Assembly (NCBI GenBank): GCA_965243025.1
Contig: CBDETY010000003.1
Coordinates: forward strand, 2,688,001 to 2,752,000
Source: Candidatus Latescibacterota bacterium
GTDB lineage: Bacteria; Latescibacterota; UBA2968; UBA8231
Length of the DNA stretch: 64,000 nt
Direction: 5' to 3'
The notes below the pieces were generated by a model. That model was not told the origin of the DNA, searched no databases, and saw only the letters and a list, made by a program, of their open reading frames with translations. The position numbers were made by a program, and so were the translations under genes. Below, piece after piece: positions 8,957 to 21,413 of this stretch (positions are counted from its first letter, which is position 1; each line of letters begins with the position of its first letter).

Positions 8957-10585
8957 ATGCGGGACAGCATGGAGCGCGGAACCGGGATGCCCGTGAAGGA
9001 GGGGGCCAGGCTCAAGGTCGGCCTGCTGCTGCCGGCGAACGGCTCCGTAGCCTGGGTCGAACACCTGGTCCGCGAGATCGCCGCCGCCCCGGTCGCCGGG
9101 ATCGGCCTGATCGGTGTAGCGGAACGGATGGGCGCCGGGCTCGGGCCGCGGGCGGCCTTCTTGTGGCGCTTGTACACCGCGCTCGACCGCGCTGGCGCCC
9201 GCATCCGCCCGGACGCCTTCGCCATGGCTGACCTTTCCGCATCCGTCCCCGTGGAGATCCAGCGCTTCGATCCGCGGGAGCCCCTGCCTTCCAGCGACGG
9301 TCTCGACGTCCTCCTGCTGCTGGGGGAGGCGGCCGGGATACGCGGGCAACTGCACCCCCCTCGCTACGGCCTCTGGTGGTTCGCCGGCGGCTGCGGCGCG
9401 GGAACGGCTGAGGTGGTCTCGGGGGCGGCCGCGACCGCGACCACCCTCTGGGCGGCGCTGCCGGACAAAAGGAAGCATCCGATCTGCCGCTCCTGGTCTC
9501 GAACCAACGACAAGTCGGTCTGGAGAAACCGCCAGCGCCACTGCTGGAAGGCCGCCCACATGCCGGCGCGCAAGCTCAGGGAGCTCCACCACCTGGGCGC
9601 CGCTGCCCTCGCCTGTGCGGGTGGACCGCCAGGGAAGTCAGCGGAGGCAGCTTCCGACAGCGAGGAGGTTGCCGGCCCCGGGAACCTCGAGACCGCGGCG
9701 TTCGCTTTCAGGCTGGCGCGGCGCGCCCTGCGCGGCGCCGTCGAGACAACCCTCTACCGGCCCCAGTGGTGCCTCGCGTACGAGCGCGACCCGGAGCCGG
9801 CACGCCTGAGCCCGGGCCGGTTGCGGCGTTTGATTCCCCCTGGGGACCGCTTCTGGGCCGACCCGTTCCCGGTCGAGGTCGACGGGCGCTGCTTCGTCTT
9901 CGTCGAGGAATGGCTGTACCGCCGTGGCAAAGGGCGCATCTCCGTGCTCGAGCTCGAGGGGGAAAACGTCAGGGAGGCCGGGACCGCCCTCGAGGCGAGC
10001 TTCCATCTATCGCACCCGTTCCTGTTCCGATGGAATGACGAGTTCTACATGATTCCGGAGAGCGGCCGCAACCGGCGCGTCGAGCTGTACCGCTGCCTGT
10101 CCTTCCCTTTGCGCTGGGAGCGGGAAAGGGTGCTCCTCGACGGCCTGTGCGGAGTGGACGCCACCCTCGAGGAGATCGACCGCACCTGGTGGATGTTTCT
10201 CAACATCGGCAAGCGCGGGATCTCCAACCACGACGAGCTGCACCTGTACTACGCGGAAAGCCCTCTCGGTCCCTGGCGGGAGCACGCCGGCAACCCGGTC
10301 AAGTCGGACGTGCGCTCGTCGCGGCCCGCCGGGCGGCTGATCAGGGACAACGGGCAACTGCTGCGTCCGGCCCAGGACTGCACGCCGCGCTACGGCAGCG
10401 CCATCTGCCTCCACCGCATCCTCGAGCTCACCCCCGACCGCTTCGCCGAGGAGCCGGTGGCCCGCCTCGAGGCCGATGCCGTCCCGGGGGCGGACCGCAT
10501 CCACACCCTGAACGGCTGCGGCGGCATCAGGTTCATCGACTTCCAGCGCCGGCGCCCGCGTATCGGCTGGAATTCGCATGACTGA
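8957..10585 (+). CDS. Degenerate formyltransferase-like domain plus GINT1-N-like five-bladed beta-propeller
   Basis: FWADPF, FVFVEE, HLSHPFLF, YMIPES, VDATL, HAGNPV, RPAG, RPAQDC and HTLN are characteristic of the glucosamine inositolphosphorylceramide transferase N-terminal propeller family. The start could be the second Met. Confidence 0.75.
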   Translation: MRDSMERGTGMPVKEGARLKVGLLLPANGSVAWVEHLVREIAAAPVAGIGLIGVAERMGAGLGPRAAFLWRLYTALDRAGARIRPDAFAMADLSASVPVEIQRFDPREPLPSSDGLDVLLLLGEAAGIRGQLHPPRYGLWWFAGGCGAGTAEVVSGAAATATTLWAALPDKRKHPICRSWSRTNDKSVWRNRQRHCWKAAHMPARKLRELHHLGAAALACAGGPPGKSAEAASDSEEVAGPGNLETAAFAFRLARRALRGAVETTLYRPQWCLAYERDPEPARLSPGRLRRLIPPGDRFWADPFPVEVDGRCFVFVEEWLYRRGKGRISVLELEGENVREAGTALEASFHLSHPFLFRWNDEFYMIPESGRNRRVELYRCLSFPLRWERERVLLDGLCGVDATLEEIDRTWWMFLNIGKRGISNHDELHLYYAESPLGPWREHAGNPVKSDVRSSRPAGRLIRDNGQLLRPAQDCTPRYGSAICLHRILELTPDRFAEEPVARLEADAVPGADRIHTLNGCGGIRFIDFQRRRPRIGWNSHD

Positions 10586-12269
10586 AGGGGAGGGCAGCGG
10601 AAAACGGCCGCCCGCGGCAACGGACCAAGAGGCGGCGCACCGGGATCCCGACACTTCCTTCGGCGACATCAGGGACCTCGCCGGCGGCGCCCTGGTGACC
10701 TTCGTCGGCAAGGCGGGCCGCCTGTCGCGGGCCGCCTTCCTCGCCGTGGTCGCCCTCTTCTGCGGCCTCGAGGTGGTCGGAGCCTACTCGGTCGCCTGGG
10801 GGTTCGTCGCCACGGTGAACCGGGTGGCGCGCTTCGGGCTGCAGCGCGGCGTCGTGCGCTTCCTGATCGCCGGCGGGGTCCGCGGCGGGGCCCAGTCGGG
10901 GCGGGCCGCTTCCGGCCCCGCGATCGACGCCGCCCTCGCCGCTTCGCTGCTGATCGGGGCCCTGGCGAGCGCCGCGGTGGTCGCCGCCCTGCTGCTGGCG
11001 ACCGGGCAGGTCGCCGCCTTCTACCACAAGCCAGGGCAGCTGCCCCTGCAGGAACCGCTGCGCATCCTCGCCTGGTCCGCCCCCTTCGTCACCGCCACAT
11101 GGATCTTCCTCTCGGCGACGCGGGCACTTCGCATCATGCGCTACGCCGTGTACGTCTTCTCGATCGCCGGCCCCCTGCTGCTGCTGGCCGGGAGCCTGGG
11201 GATCGCCCTGATCGGCGGTGGGGCGGAGTGGACGAGCCCCGGGCAGCAGCGCGCCGCCCAGTCCGGTTTCGCCGTCGCCGTCGCCTGGGTGCAGCTCGGC
11301 ACCGCGGCGGCATCGGGCGTCCTGGCCGCCGGCTGCTTCAGCCGGCATTTCTCGCTGCGGCGGAGCCTGACCCGGCTGCGGGGAGCGCCGGTCGCGGCCA
11401 TGGCCCGCTTCTCGGCGCCGGTCATGGCCGCCGACGTGATGGTCGCCGTCCTGACTCAGCTCGACGTGCTGATGCTCGGCAAGCTCGTCAGCCTCACGGA
11501 GGTGGGGATCTACTCGGTGGCGCGCCGGGTCGCCAGCTCGATGCTGAAGGCGGTTCAGGCCTTCGACCCGGTTTTCAGCTCCGTGGTCAGCGAGCTGTCC
11601 CACCTGCGCCGGGAGGAGGAGGTCGCCCGCCGCTTCGTCGTCATATCGCGCTGGCTGCTGACCGTCAACCTGCCGATTTTCGCCATCTTGTTTATCGTTG
11701 GTGACAGCCTTCTGGGCTGGGCCGGCGAAAAATGGGTGGGCGAGCCGTCGCAGCTGGCGGTCGGGCTGAAGATCCTCTACGTCCTCGCCGTGGGGATGCT
11801 GCTCCAGGGCACCTTCGCCCTCATCGAGCCGCTGCTGGCCATGACCGGCCGCCCCGGTCTCAACACCTTCAACAACAGTCTCTGGCTGCTGGCGAACTTC
11901 GCGCTGAATCTCTGGTTCATAACAGAATTCGGGGTTGTCGGAGCGGCCTACGGAGCGACCCTGTCGATGTTCTTCGTCAACTCCCTGCGGGTGCTGCAGG
12001 TCTGGCGACTCCACCGCATCCGCCCCCTCGACCGCAGCCAGGTCAAACCGCTCGCGGCGGCCGCCGCCGCGGCCGGAGCGGCCTGGCTCGCATCTGCGGC
12101 CTCGGCCCCCGGATCCCTGCCCGGTGTCGCGCTCGCGTGTGCAACCTTCATCGCCGCCTACGGACTGCTTTTGTGGAGGTTGGGCCTCGAGCAGGAGGAC
12201 CGTCAGCTCCTGCAGCGCGCCGTCCGCAGCCTCGGCTCGAAGCTGGCGGGCCCCCGGAGCTCCCGGTGA
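10578..12269 (+). CDS. MOP-superfamily (Wzx-like) polysaccharide/lipid flippase
   Basis: About 13-14 hydrophobic segments. FGLQRGVVRF, DVLMLG..EVGIYSVA and FGVVGAAYGA. Confidence 0.88.
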   Translation: MTEGEGSGKRPPAATDQEAAHRDPDTSFGDIRDLAGGALVTFVGKAGRLSRAAFLAVVALFCGLEVVGAYSVAWGFVATVNRVARFGLQRGVVRFLIAGGVRGGAQSGRAASGPAIDAALAASLLIGALASAAVVAALLLATGQVAAFYHKPGQLPLQEPLRILAWSAPFVTATWIFLSATRALRIMRYAVYVFSIAGPLLLLAGSLGIALIGGGAEWTSPGQQRAAQSGFAVAVAWVQLGTAAASGVLAAGCFSRHFSLRRSLTRLRGAPVAAMARFSAPVMAADVMVAVLTQLDVLMLGKLVSLTEVGIYSVARRVASSMLKAVQAFDPVFSSVVSELSHLRREEEVARRFVVISRWLLTVNLPIFAILFIVGDSLLGWAGEKWVGEPSQLAVGLKILYVLAVGMLLQGTFALIEPLLAMTGRPGLNTFNNSLWLLANFALNLWFITEFGVVGAAYGATLSMFFVNSLRVLQVWRLHRIRPLDRSQVKPLAAAAAAAGAAWLASAASAPGSLPGVALACATFIAAYGLLLWRLGLEQEDRQLLQRAVRSLGSKLAGPRSSR

Positions 12270-12985
12270 CGCGGCGGGCCATCGTCCTGGCGGCCGGGGC
12301 CGGCACCCGGCTCAACCCGATGACCAACGGACTGCCCAAGTGCCTGGTGCCGTTCGGAGAGCGGCGCCTCGTCGATCTGCAGGTGGCGGCGCTGCAGGCC
12401 GCCGGGGTCGAGGAGATCGTCCTCGTGGTCGGCTTCGAGGCCGACCAGGTCCGGCGCCACTGCCGGGCCCTGCCCGCGGTCCGCTTCGTCGACAACCCCG
12501 ACTTCGGCTCGACCAACAGCATCTACTCCCTCTGGCTCGCCCGCGCCTTTCTCGACCGCGAGACCTTCCTGTTCAACTGCGACATCGTCTTTCACCCGGC
12601 CCTGCTCGAACGGATGCTTGAGGACGGGATGCCGAACGCCGTCGCCGTCGACTCGCGGGTGCGCCGCGTCGCCGGGGAGATGAACGTCCGCATCCGCGAG
12701 TCGGGCGCGGTCGCGGCCATCGGCAAGGACCTCGACCCGTCGAGCTGCCAGGCGCAGAGCGTGCAGCTGGCGAGGTTCGACGCCGCCGGGGCGCGCTCCG
12801 TGGCCGCCGAGGTCGAGCGCCTGGTGGCCGGACGGCGGAAGGACGCGTTCCCGACCTCGGCGTACGGCCCCCTGATCGAGCGCGGCGAGCTGTTCGCGGT
12901 GGAGGGAGGGGACCTGCCCTGGGCGGAGATCGACTCGGTCGACGACTACAACGCCGCAATCTCCACGGTGCTGCCGCGGTTGTGA
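12266..12985 (+). CDS. Second LicC/IPCT-like cytidylyltransferase
   Basis: GTG start overlapping the flippase stop. AIVLAAGAGTRL...PKCL, TNSIYSL, FNCD and WAEIDSVDD. Confidence 0.9.
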   Translation: MTRRAIVLAAGAGTRLNPMTNGLPKCLVPFGERRLVDLQVAALQAAGVEEIVLVVGFEADQVRRHCRALPAVRFVDNPDFGSTNSIYSLWLARAFLDRETFLFNCDIVFHPALLERMLEDGMPNAVAVDSRVRRVAGEMNVRIRESGAVAAIGKDLDPSSCQAQSVQLARFDAAGARSVAAEVERLVAGRRKDAFPTSAYGPLIERGELFAVEGGDLPWAEIDSVDDYNAAISTVLPRL

Positions 12986-13004
12986 CCCGCCCCGGGGGCT
13001 TGCG

Positions 13005-14255
13005 ATGATCACCGCCTGGATCGACGCCACCCGGCCGGCGGCCTGCTGGCACCTTTGGGGGATGTCGCTGGTCGAGAGGCAGCTGCGCCAGCTCGCCCTC
13101 AGGGGGGCGGCCACGGCCCGAGTTGCCGTTGTCGAAAACGGCGCGCCCCAGATCCGCGCCGATTTCGCGAGACGCTGCGACCTCGACATCCGTTTCCACC
13201 GGGTGAGCCCCGACGCCGGCTTCGGGGCATCTCTGGCAGCGGTCGAATCCCCTTTGCTCCTGCTCGAAGGAGACGGGGTGTACGACGACCGCGTCCTCGA
13301 CCACCTGCTGGCGGCCGGTCCGGGGAACTCGGTGGCGGGAGGCGGTCTCTGCGCCGCCTGGGCCGATACCGGGCTCGCCGCCGAGCTGGCGCGGGTGCCG
13401 CCCGAAGAGGGCGGGTTTCCCGGGCCTGCCCTGTGGAAGGCGATCTCGGAACAGACACGAGTGACCGACGCCGCCCGGCTCGACTCCTACGTACCGGAGC
13501 TCAGGCTCACCATGCCCCCGGTTGTGTTTCGGCTCGAGCGCCCCGGACAGCTGGGCGAGGTCGAACGGCTGATGTACCGCCGCACCTTCAAGGGGGTCAT
13601 CGACATCGTCGCCAGCCGCGGCTACTACCACCCGGTCCGCTGGATCACCCGCCTCCTGGCCCCCACCGCGGTCTCCCCCAACAGCGTCACCGCCCTGTCG
13701 ATCGCCGCCATCTGGCTGGCGGCACCCTGCTTCGCCCTGGGAATGCCGGGGGCCGGAATCGCCCTGGGCTGGGCCGGCGTGGTCGCCGACAGCGTCGACG
13801 GCAAGCTGGCGCGCCTGACCCTGAACCTCAGCGACCGCATGGGTGCGGTCGAGCACGTCTCCGCGGTCCCCGCCCTGGGGCTCTGGCTCCTCGCTTTCGG
13901 GGGCTGGGTGAGCGACTGGAAGCTGCTGACCTCCTCAGTTCCGGCGGTCGCGACCTGGGTGCTGCTCGCCTGCTTCGCCCTGGACAAGGGGGTCAGCGGC
14001 GGCTTCCGCAGGCTCACCGGCAGGGAGATCTTCGACTACGGCCGCGGCGACGCCCTGTTCCACCCTTTCGCCGCCCGGCGCAACATCCTCCTGCTCATGA
14101 TGACCGCCGGGGTGGCCGCGGACGCGGCCGGAGCCGCTCTCGCGGCGATGTCGGCCTGGATGGCGGCGACCCTTCTGTTTCACGGGCTGCGGGCGCTCCA
14201 GGTGGCAGCTGCCCGGATCGGGAAGCGGCCGGAAGGGAGGGCATCCGAGGGGTGA
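13005..14255 (+). CDS. Second CDP-alcohol phosphotransferase-like protein with degenerate N-terminal domain and incomplete motif
   Basis: SPNSVT and DSVDGKLAR are present, but the distal part reads GAVEHVSA. N-terminus LWGMSLVERQLRQL. Confidence 0.8.
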   Translation: MITAWIDATRPAACWHLWGMSLVERQLRQLALRGAATARVAVVENGAPQIRADFARRCDLDIRFHRVSPDAGFGASLAAVESPLLLLEGDGVYDDRVLDHLLAAGPGNSVAGGGLCAAWADTGLAAELARVPPEEGGFPGPALWKAISEQTRVTDAARLDSYVPELRLTMPPVVFRLERPGQLGEVERLMYRRTFKGVIDIVASRGYYHPVRWITRLLAPTAVSPNSVTALSIAAIWLAAPCFALGMPGAGIALGWAGVVADSVDGKLARLTLNLSDRMGAVEHVSAVPALGLWLLAFGGWVSDWKLLTSSVPAVATWVLLACFALDKGVSGGFRRLTGREIFDYGRGDALFHPFAARRNILLLMMTAGVAADAAGAALAAMSAWMAATLLFHGLRALQVAAARIGKRPEGRASEG

Positions 14256-14379
14256 TCCCTGGCTGCAATACCCCATTCCAGGTCCCGTTCAAGAACGGAA
14301 GGTGCCATCCCCGCTGGACCGGTCATGGCCGCAAGGCCCGAGGAATGGAGGAATTGTCGAAACCAGGCATCCCCATTCG

Positions 14380-17189
14380 ATGACCTCTGAAGAGAACGGC
14401 GCCGTCGCCATCCGCGGGGCCGCGGAGAACAACCTCCGCGAGATCGACGTCGACCTCCCGCACCGGCGGCTCGTGGCCGTCAGCGGAGTCTCCGGCTCGG
14501 GGAAATCCTCGCTGGTGTTCGACACCCTCTACGCAGAGGCGCGGCGGCGTTTCCTCGCGGCGCTCGATACAGCCCGGCCGGGGGCCTCTCCGGCCCGGTT
14601 GCGCCGCCCCCGGGTCGCCCGCATCGACGGCCTGGCCCCCGCCCTGGCCACCGACCAGGCCCGCTCCGGGGGAAGCAATCCCCGCTCGACCGCGGCGACC
14701 GCGGCCGGCATCCACGACTACGTCCGCGCTCTTTTCGCCCAGGTCGGCAAGCCCCACTGCCTTGGGTGCGGCTCCCCGGTGCACTCGCACCGCTTCGAGG
14801 AGCTGCTCGAAACCGCCTCCGCCCTGCCCGCGGGCACCCGTCTCGTCGTCCTGGCGCCGCTGCCGTTCCGGTTGCGTCAGGGAGAGGAAGACCCGCTGCA
14901 GGCAGTGGAAACAACGGGGTACACGCGGCTGCGGCTGCGCGGCGAGACCCCCGCTCTCGAGGAGGTCGACCCGCAGGTGCTCGCCGCGGCGGTCGCATCG
15001 GGGGAAGCGGTCGACATCGTCGTCGACCGGATGGTAGTCAAGCCTGAAACCACGGAACGCCTGCGCGGCTCCCTCGAAGCCGCGGTGGAGACGGGCGAGG
15101 GACGGGTGGGCCTGTTGGAGCCCGGAAAGGAGCCCCAACGCTTCTCGGTCCGCCCATCCTGTTCCGACTGCGGGCGCCCTTTCAAGGCGGTTACCCCTTC
15201 CCTCTTCTCCTTCAACAGCGCCCACGGCGCCTGCGGTGAATGCCGCGGGCTCGGGGCCCGCCGGGGCTCCGGCCCGGACCTGCTGCTGGGGCCCGAACCG
15301 GTCAACGGGACCCTCTCCCCCCTGTGGGACGAGTTCGGCCACGACGACCTGCGCGCCGAGGTGGTCCGGTTCTGCGAGCGCCGCGAGGTCGATCCCGAGG
15401 AGCCGGCGCGGACCTGGCCAACCGGGATCCTCGAGCGGTTCTGGGGCGGAGAGCGTGGCCGCGGCCGCTTCCGGGGAGTCGGCGCCTGGCTCGACCGGCT
15501 GGCGGCGAAAGCCGAAGGAGAGGAGCTGGCCTGGATCGAGGAGCTGACCGCCGACACTGTCTGCTCCGCCTGCGCCGGCAGGCGGCTGAACCCCGACGCC
15601 CTTGCGGTCGAGGTGGCCGGTCTCGACATCGCTTCCTTCCTGGCGCTGACCGTGGACGAGGCCGGGGAGCTCGCGAGGGCTGCTTCGTTCGAAGGAGTCG
15701 ACGGAATGGCTGCGGCCCCCCTGCTCGAACAGATCTCCGGCAGGGCGGCGGTTCTCGGCGATCTGGGCCTCGGCTACCTCACCCTCGACCGGCCTGCCGA
15801 CACCCTGTCGAGCGGCGAGTTCCAGCGCCTGCGCCTGGCCGGGGGCCTCGGCTCGGGCCTTACCCAGGTGCTCTACCTGATCGACGAGCCGAGCGCCGGC
15901 CTCCACGCCCGCGACGCCGGACGCCTCGGGCGCGCTCTGCGCGGCCTGACCGAAGCTGGGAACACCGCGGTGTTCGTCGAGCACGACCCGGCCCTGATCC
16001 GGCTGGCGGATTTCGCCGTCGATCTCGGTCCGGGAGCCGGGTCGCAAGGGGGAGAGGTGGTTGCGGCGGGAACTCCTGAAGAGTTGGCGGCTGCCCGGTC
16101 CCCCACCGGCCGCTACCTGGCCTCCGGGTTCCGCTGGCCCTCGACAAGACCCCAGCGGGACCCGGATGCGGCTTCGGTCCTGCGCATCGAGGAAGCCGCC
16201 GGCAACAACCTCAAGGGTATTTCCGTCGACATTCCCCTGGGACTGTTCCTCTGCGTGACCGGGGTGTCGGGATCCGGCAAGAGCAGCCTGGTCCAGCACA
16301 CCCTCTACCCCGCCCTGGCCGGCAAGCTGCAGCATGCCCGGCAGCGGCCGCTCCACCATGAGGCCATCTCCGGGAGCGAGCACCTCGAGCGGGTGATCGC
16401 CGTCGACCAGCGGCCCCTCGGCCGCGGCTCGCGCTCGAACGCGGCGACCTGCACCGGAATCCTCACCGACCTGAGGGGCCTGTTCGCCAGGACCCGAGAG
16501 GCGCGCGTGCGCGGGTACCGCCCTTCCCACTTCAGCTTCAACGCCGCCGAGGGAGCCTGCGCCTCCTGCCGGGGCAGCGGGCTGGCCGCGGGCGGCGGCC
16601 TGCTTCTGGGTGGCATGCGGAATCCCTGCCCGGGCTGCGGCGGCCGGCGCTACAATCCCGAGGTGCTCCAGGTCCGCTACCGCGGCCTCTCCATCGCCGA
16701 CGTTCTCGACCTGACCGTGGCCGAGTCCCTTTCCTTCTTCGAGTCGGTCCCCGGCCTCGAACGGCGCCTGCGCCTCCTCGCCGAGCTCGGCCTCGGGTAC
16801 CTTCCCCTGCGGCAGTCCGCCTCGCAGCTGTCGGGGGGCGAAGCGCAGCGCGTCAAGCTCGCCTCCGAGCTGAGCCGGCCGCAGCGGCAGCGGACCCTCT
16901 ACATCCTCGACGAGCCGACGACCGGCCTGCACCTCGACGACGTCGGTTTCCTGGTCGAGCTGCTGCAGCGGCTCGTCGACCGCGGCAACACGGTGCTGGT
17001 GGTCGAGCACTGCATCGAGCTGATCGCCGCCGCCGACTGGGTGATCGACATCGGCCCGGAGGCCGGGGCCGGCGGCGGAGAACTCGTCGCGGCGGGGACG
17101 CCGGAGCAGGTGGCCGCGGCGGAGGGTTCCTGGACGGGGCGCTTCCTTCGCACCCATCTCGAGTCTCGCGAAACCGACGGAGACCGGAA

Positions 17190-17193
<4 letters not shown>
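14380..17193 (+). CDS. uvrA: UvrA-family excinuclease ATPase (divergent, possibly a paralogue)
   Basis: Two [10 protein letters not shown] Walker A motifs, LSSGE and LSGGE signatures, two DEP Walker B motifs, three CxxC pairs and ENNLREIDV. Confidence 0.88.
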
Positions 17194-20328
<3,135 letters not shown>

Positions 20329-20353
20329 GAAGCAATGCACCCGGAGGCACCTG

Positions 20354-20383
20354 TTGAGAAAAGCCGGGGGCCGGCGGTATAAT
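20354..20383 (+). promoter_or_regulatory. Putative sigma70 promoter TTGAGA-N18-TATAAT for the downstream oxidoreductase
   Basis: Near-consensus hexamers ending 35 bp before the ATG at 20419. Confidence 0.6.
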
Positions 20384-20401
20384 TCGGCCCCCCTTTTTTT
20401 T
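20366..20401 (+). terminator. Rho-independent terminator after metG
   Basis: GGGGGCCG-11nt-CGGCCCCC hairpin followed by C and T8. Confidence 0.7.
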
Positions 20402-20418
20402 GCCGCGGGAAAACTGGA

Positions 20419-21408
20419 ATGAATAGGATCAGGATGGGCTTCATCGGCTGCGGGGGCAACGCCTCCAGCCACATCGGGAGAGTTCTCGGCTTTCCCGAGG
20501 TCGAGGTCGCCGCCCTCGCCGACGTCAGCGGCGAAGCCATCGACCGCGTGCGCGACCGCCACGGCGAGCTGGCGGAGACGCCGGCTTTCGGCGGCTACCG
20601 CGAGCTGCTCGCCGGCGCCGACCTCGACGCCGTCGAGATCTCCACTCCCCACACCCTGCACTACGAGCAGATCATGGCGAGCCTCGACCGCGGCCTGCAC
20701 GTGCTGACCGAAAAGCCGATGGTCTGCCGCGTCGACCACGCGCACGACGTCATCGCCGCTTCCGAGCGGGCCGGCAAGCTGCTGATGGTTTCCTACCAGC
20801 GGCACCTGGCCGCCGAGTTCCGCTTCGTGCGCAACCAGGTGCGCTGCGGCGAGCTCGGGGAGATCCAGTTCGTTTCCGCCCTGCAGGACCAGGGCTGGTA
20901 CCGGGGGTCGCGGGGCACCTGGCGCCAGCAGCTCGCCCTCAGCGGCGGCGGCCAGCTCAACGACTCCGGCAGCCACCTGCTCGACATCGTGCTGTGGATG
21001 ACCGGCCTCCAAGCCGCCGAGGTCCACGCCTTCATGGAGAACTTCGAGGCCGAGGTCGACATCAACTCGGCGATGAACGTCAGGTTCGCCAACGGCGCCC
21101 TCGGGAACATAGCGATCGTCGGCAACTCTCCCGCATCGGGGATCTGGGAGGACATCACCATCTGGGGAACCCGGGCCGCGGTGATGATGCGCAACGGCCG
21201 CATCACCTGGAGACAAGCCGGCGCCGAGCCGTGCGAGCCGGCCAACCTGCCCGGGGGCAGCACCCCGGACCGCAACTTCGTCGACGCCATCCTCGGCCGC
21301 GACGAGATCCAGGTGCCGCCGGAGTGCGGCCTGCGCGTCATCGAGCTGACCGAGGCCGCCTGGGAATCGGCGCGCACCGGCGGGCCGGCCGCGGTGGCGG
21401 CCCCGTAG
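20419..21408 (+). CDS. Gfo/Idh/MocA oxidoreductase
   Basis: GFIGCG, STPHTLH, HVLTEKP and GGGQLNDSGSHLLD. Confidence 0.93.
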   Translation: MNRIRMGFIGCGGNASSHIGRVLGFPEVEVAALADVSGEAIDRVRDRHGELAETPAFGGYRELLAGADLDAVEISTPHTLHYEQIMASLDRGLHVLTEKPMVCRVDHAHDVIAASERAGKLLMVSYQRHLAAEFRFVRNQVRCGELGEIQFVSALQDQGWYRGSRGTWRQQLALSGGGQLNDSGSHLLDIVLWMTGLQAAEVHAFMENFEAEVDINSAMNVRFANGALGNIAIVGNSPASGIWEDITIWGTRAAVMMRNGRITWRQAGAEPCEPANLPGGSTPDRNFVDAILGRDEIQVPPECGLRVIELTEAAWESARTGGPAAVAAP

Positions 21409-21413
21409 CGGCG

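Noticed and set aside
14323-17157. 944-aa minus-strand ORF
   Set aside because: Antisense shadow of uvrA, caused by high-GC codon bias. It has no recognisable motifs.
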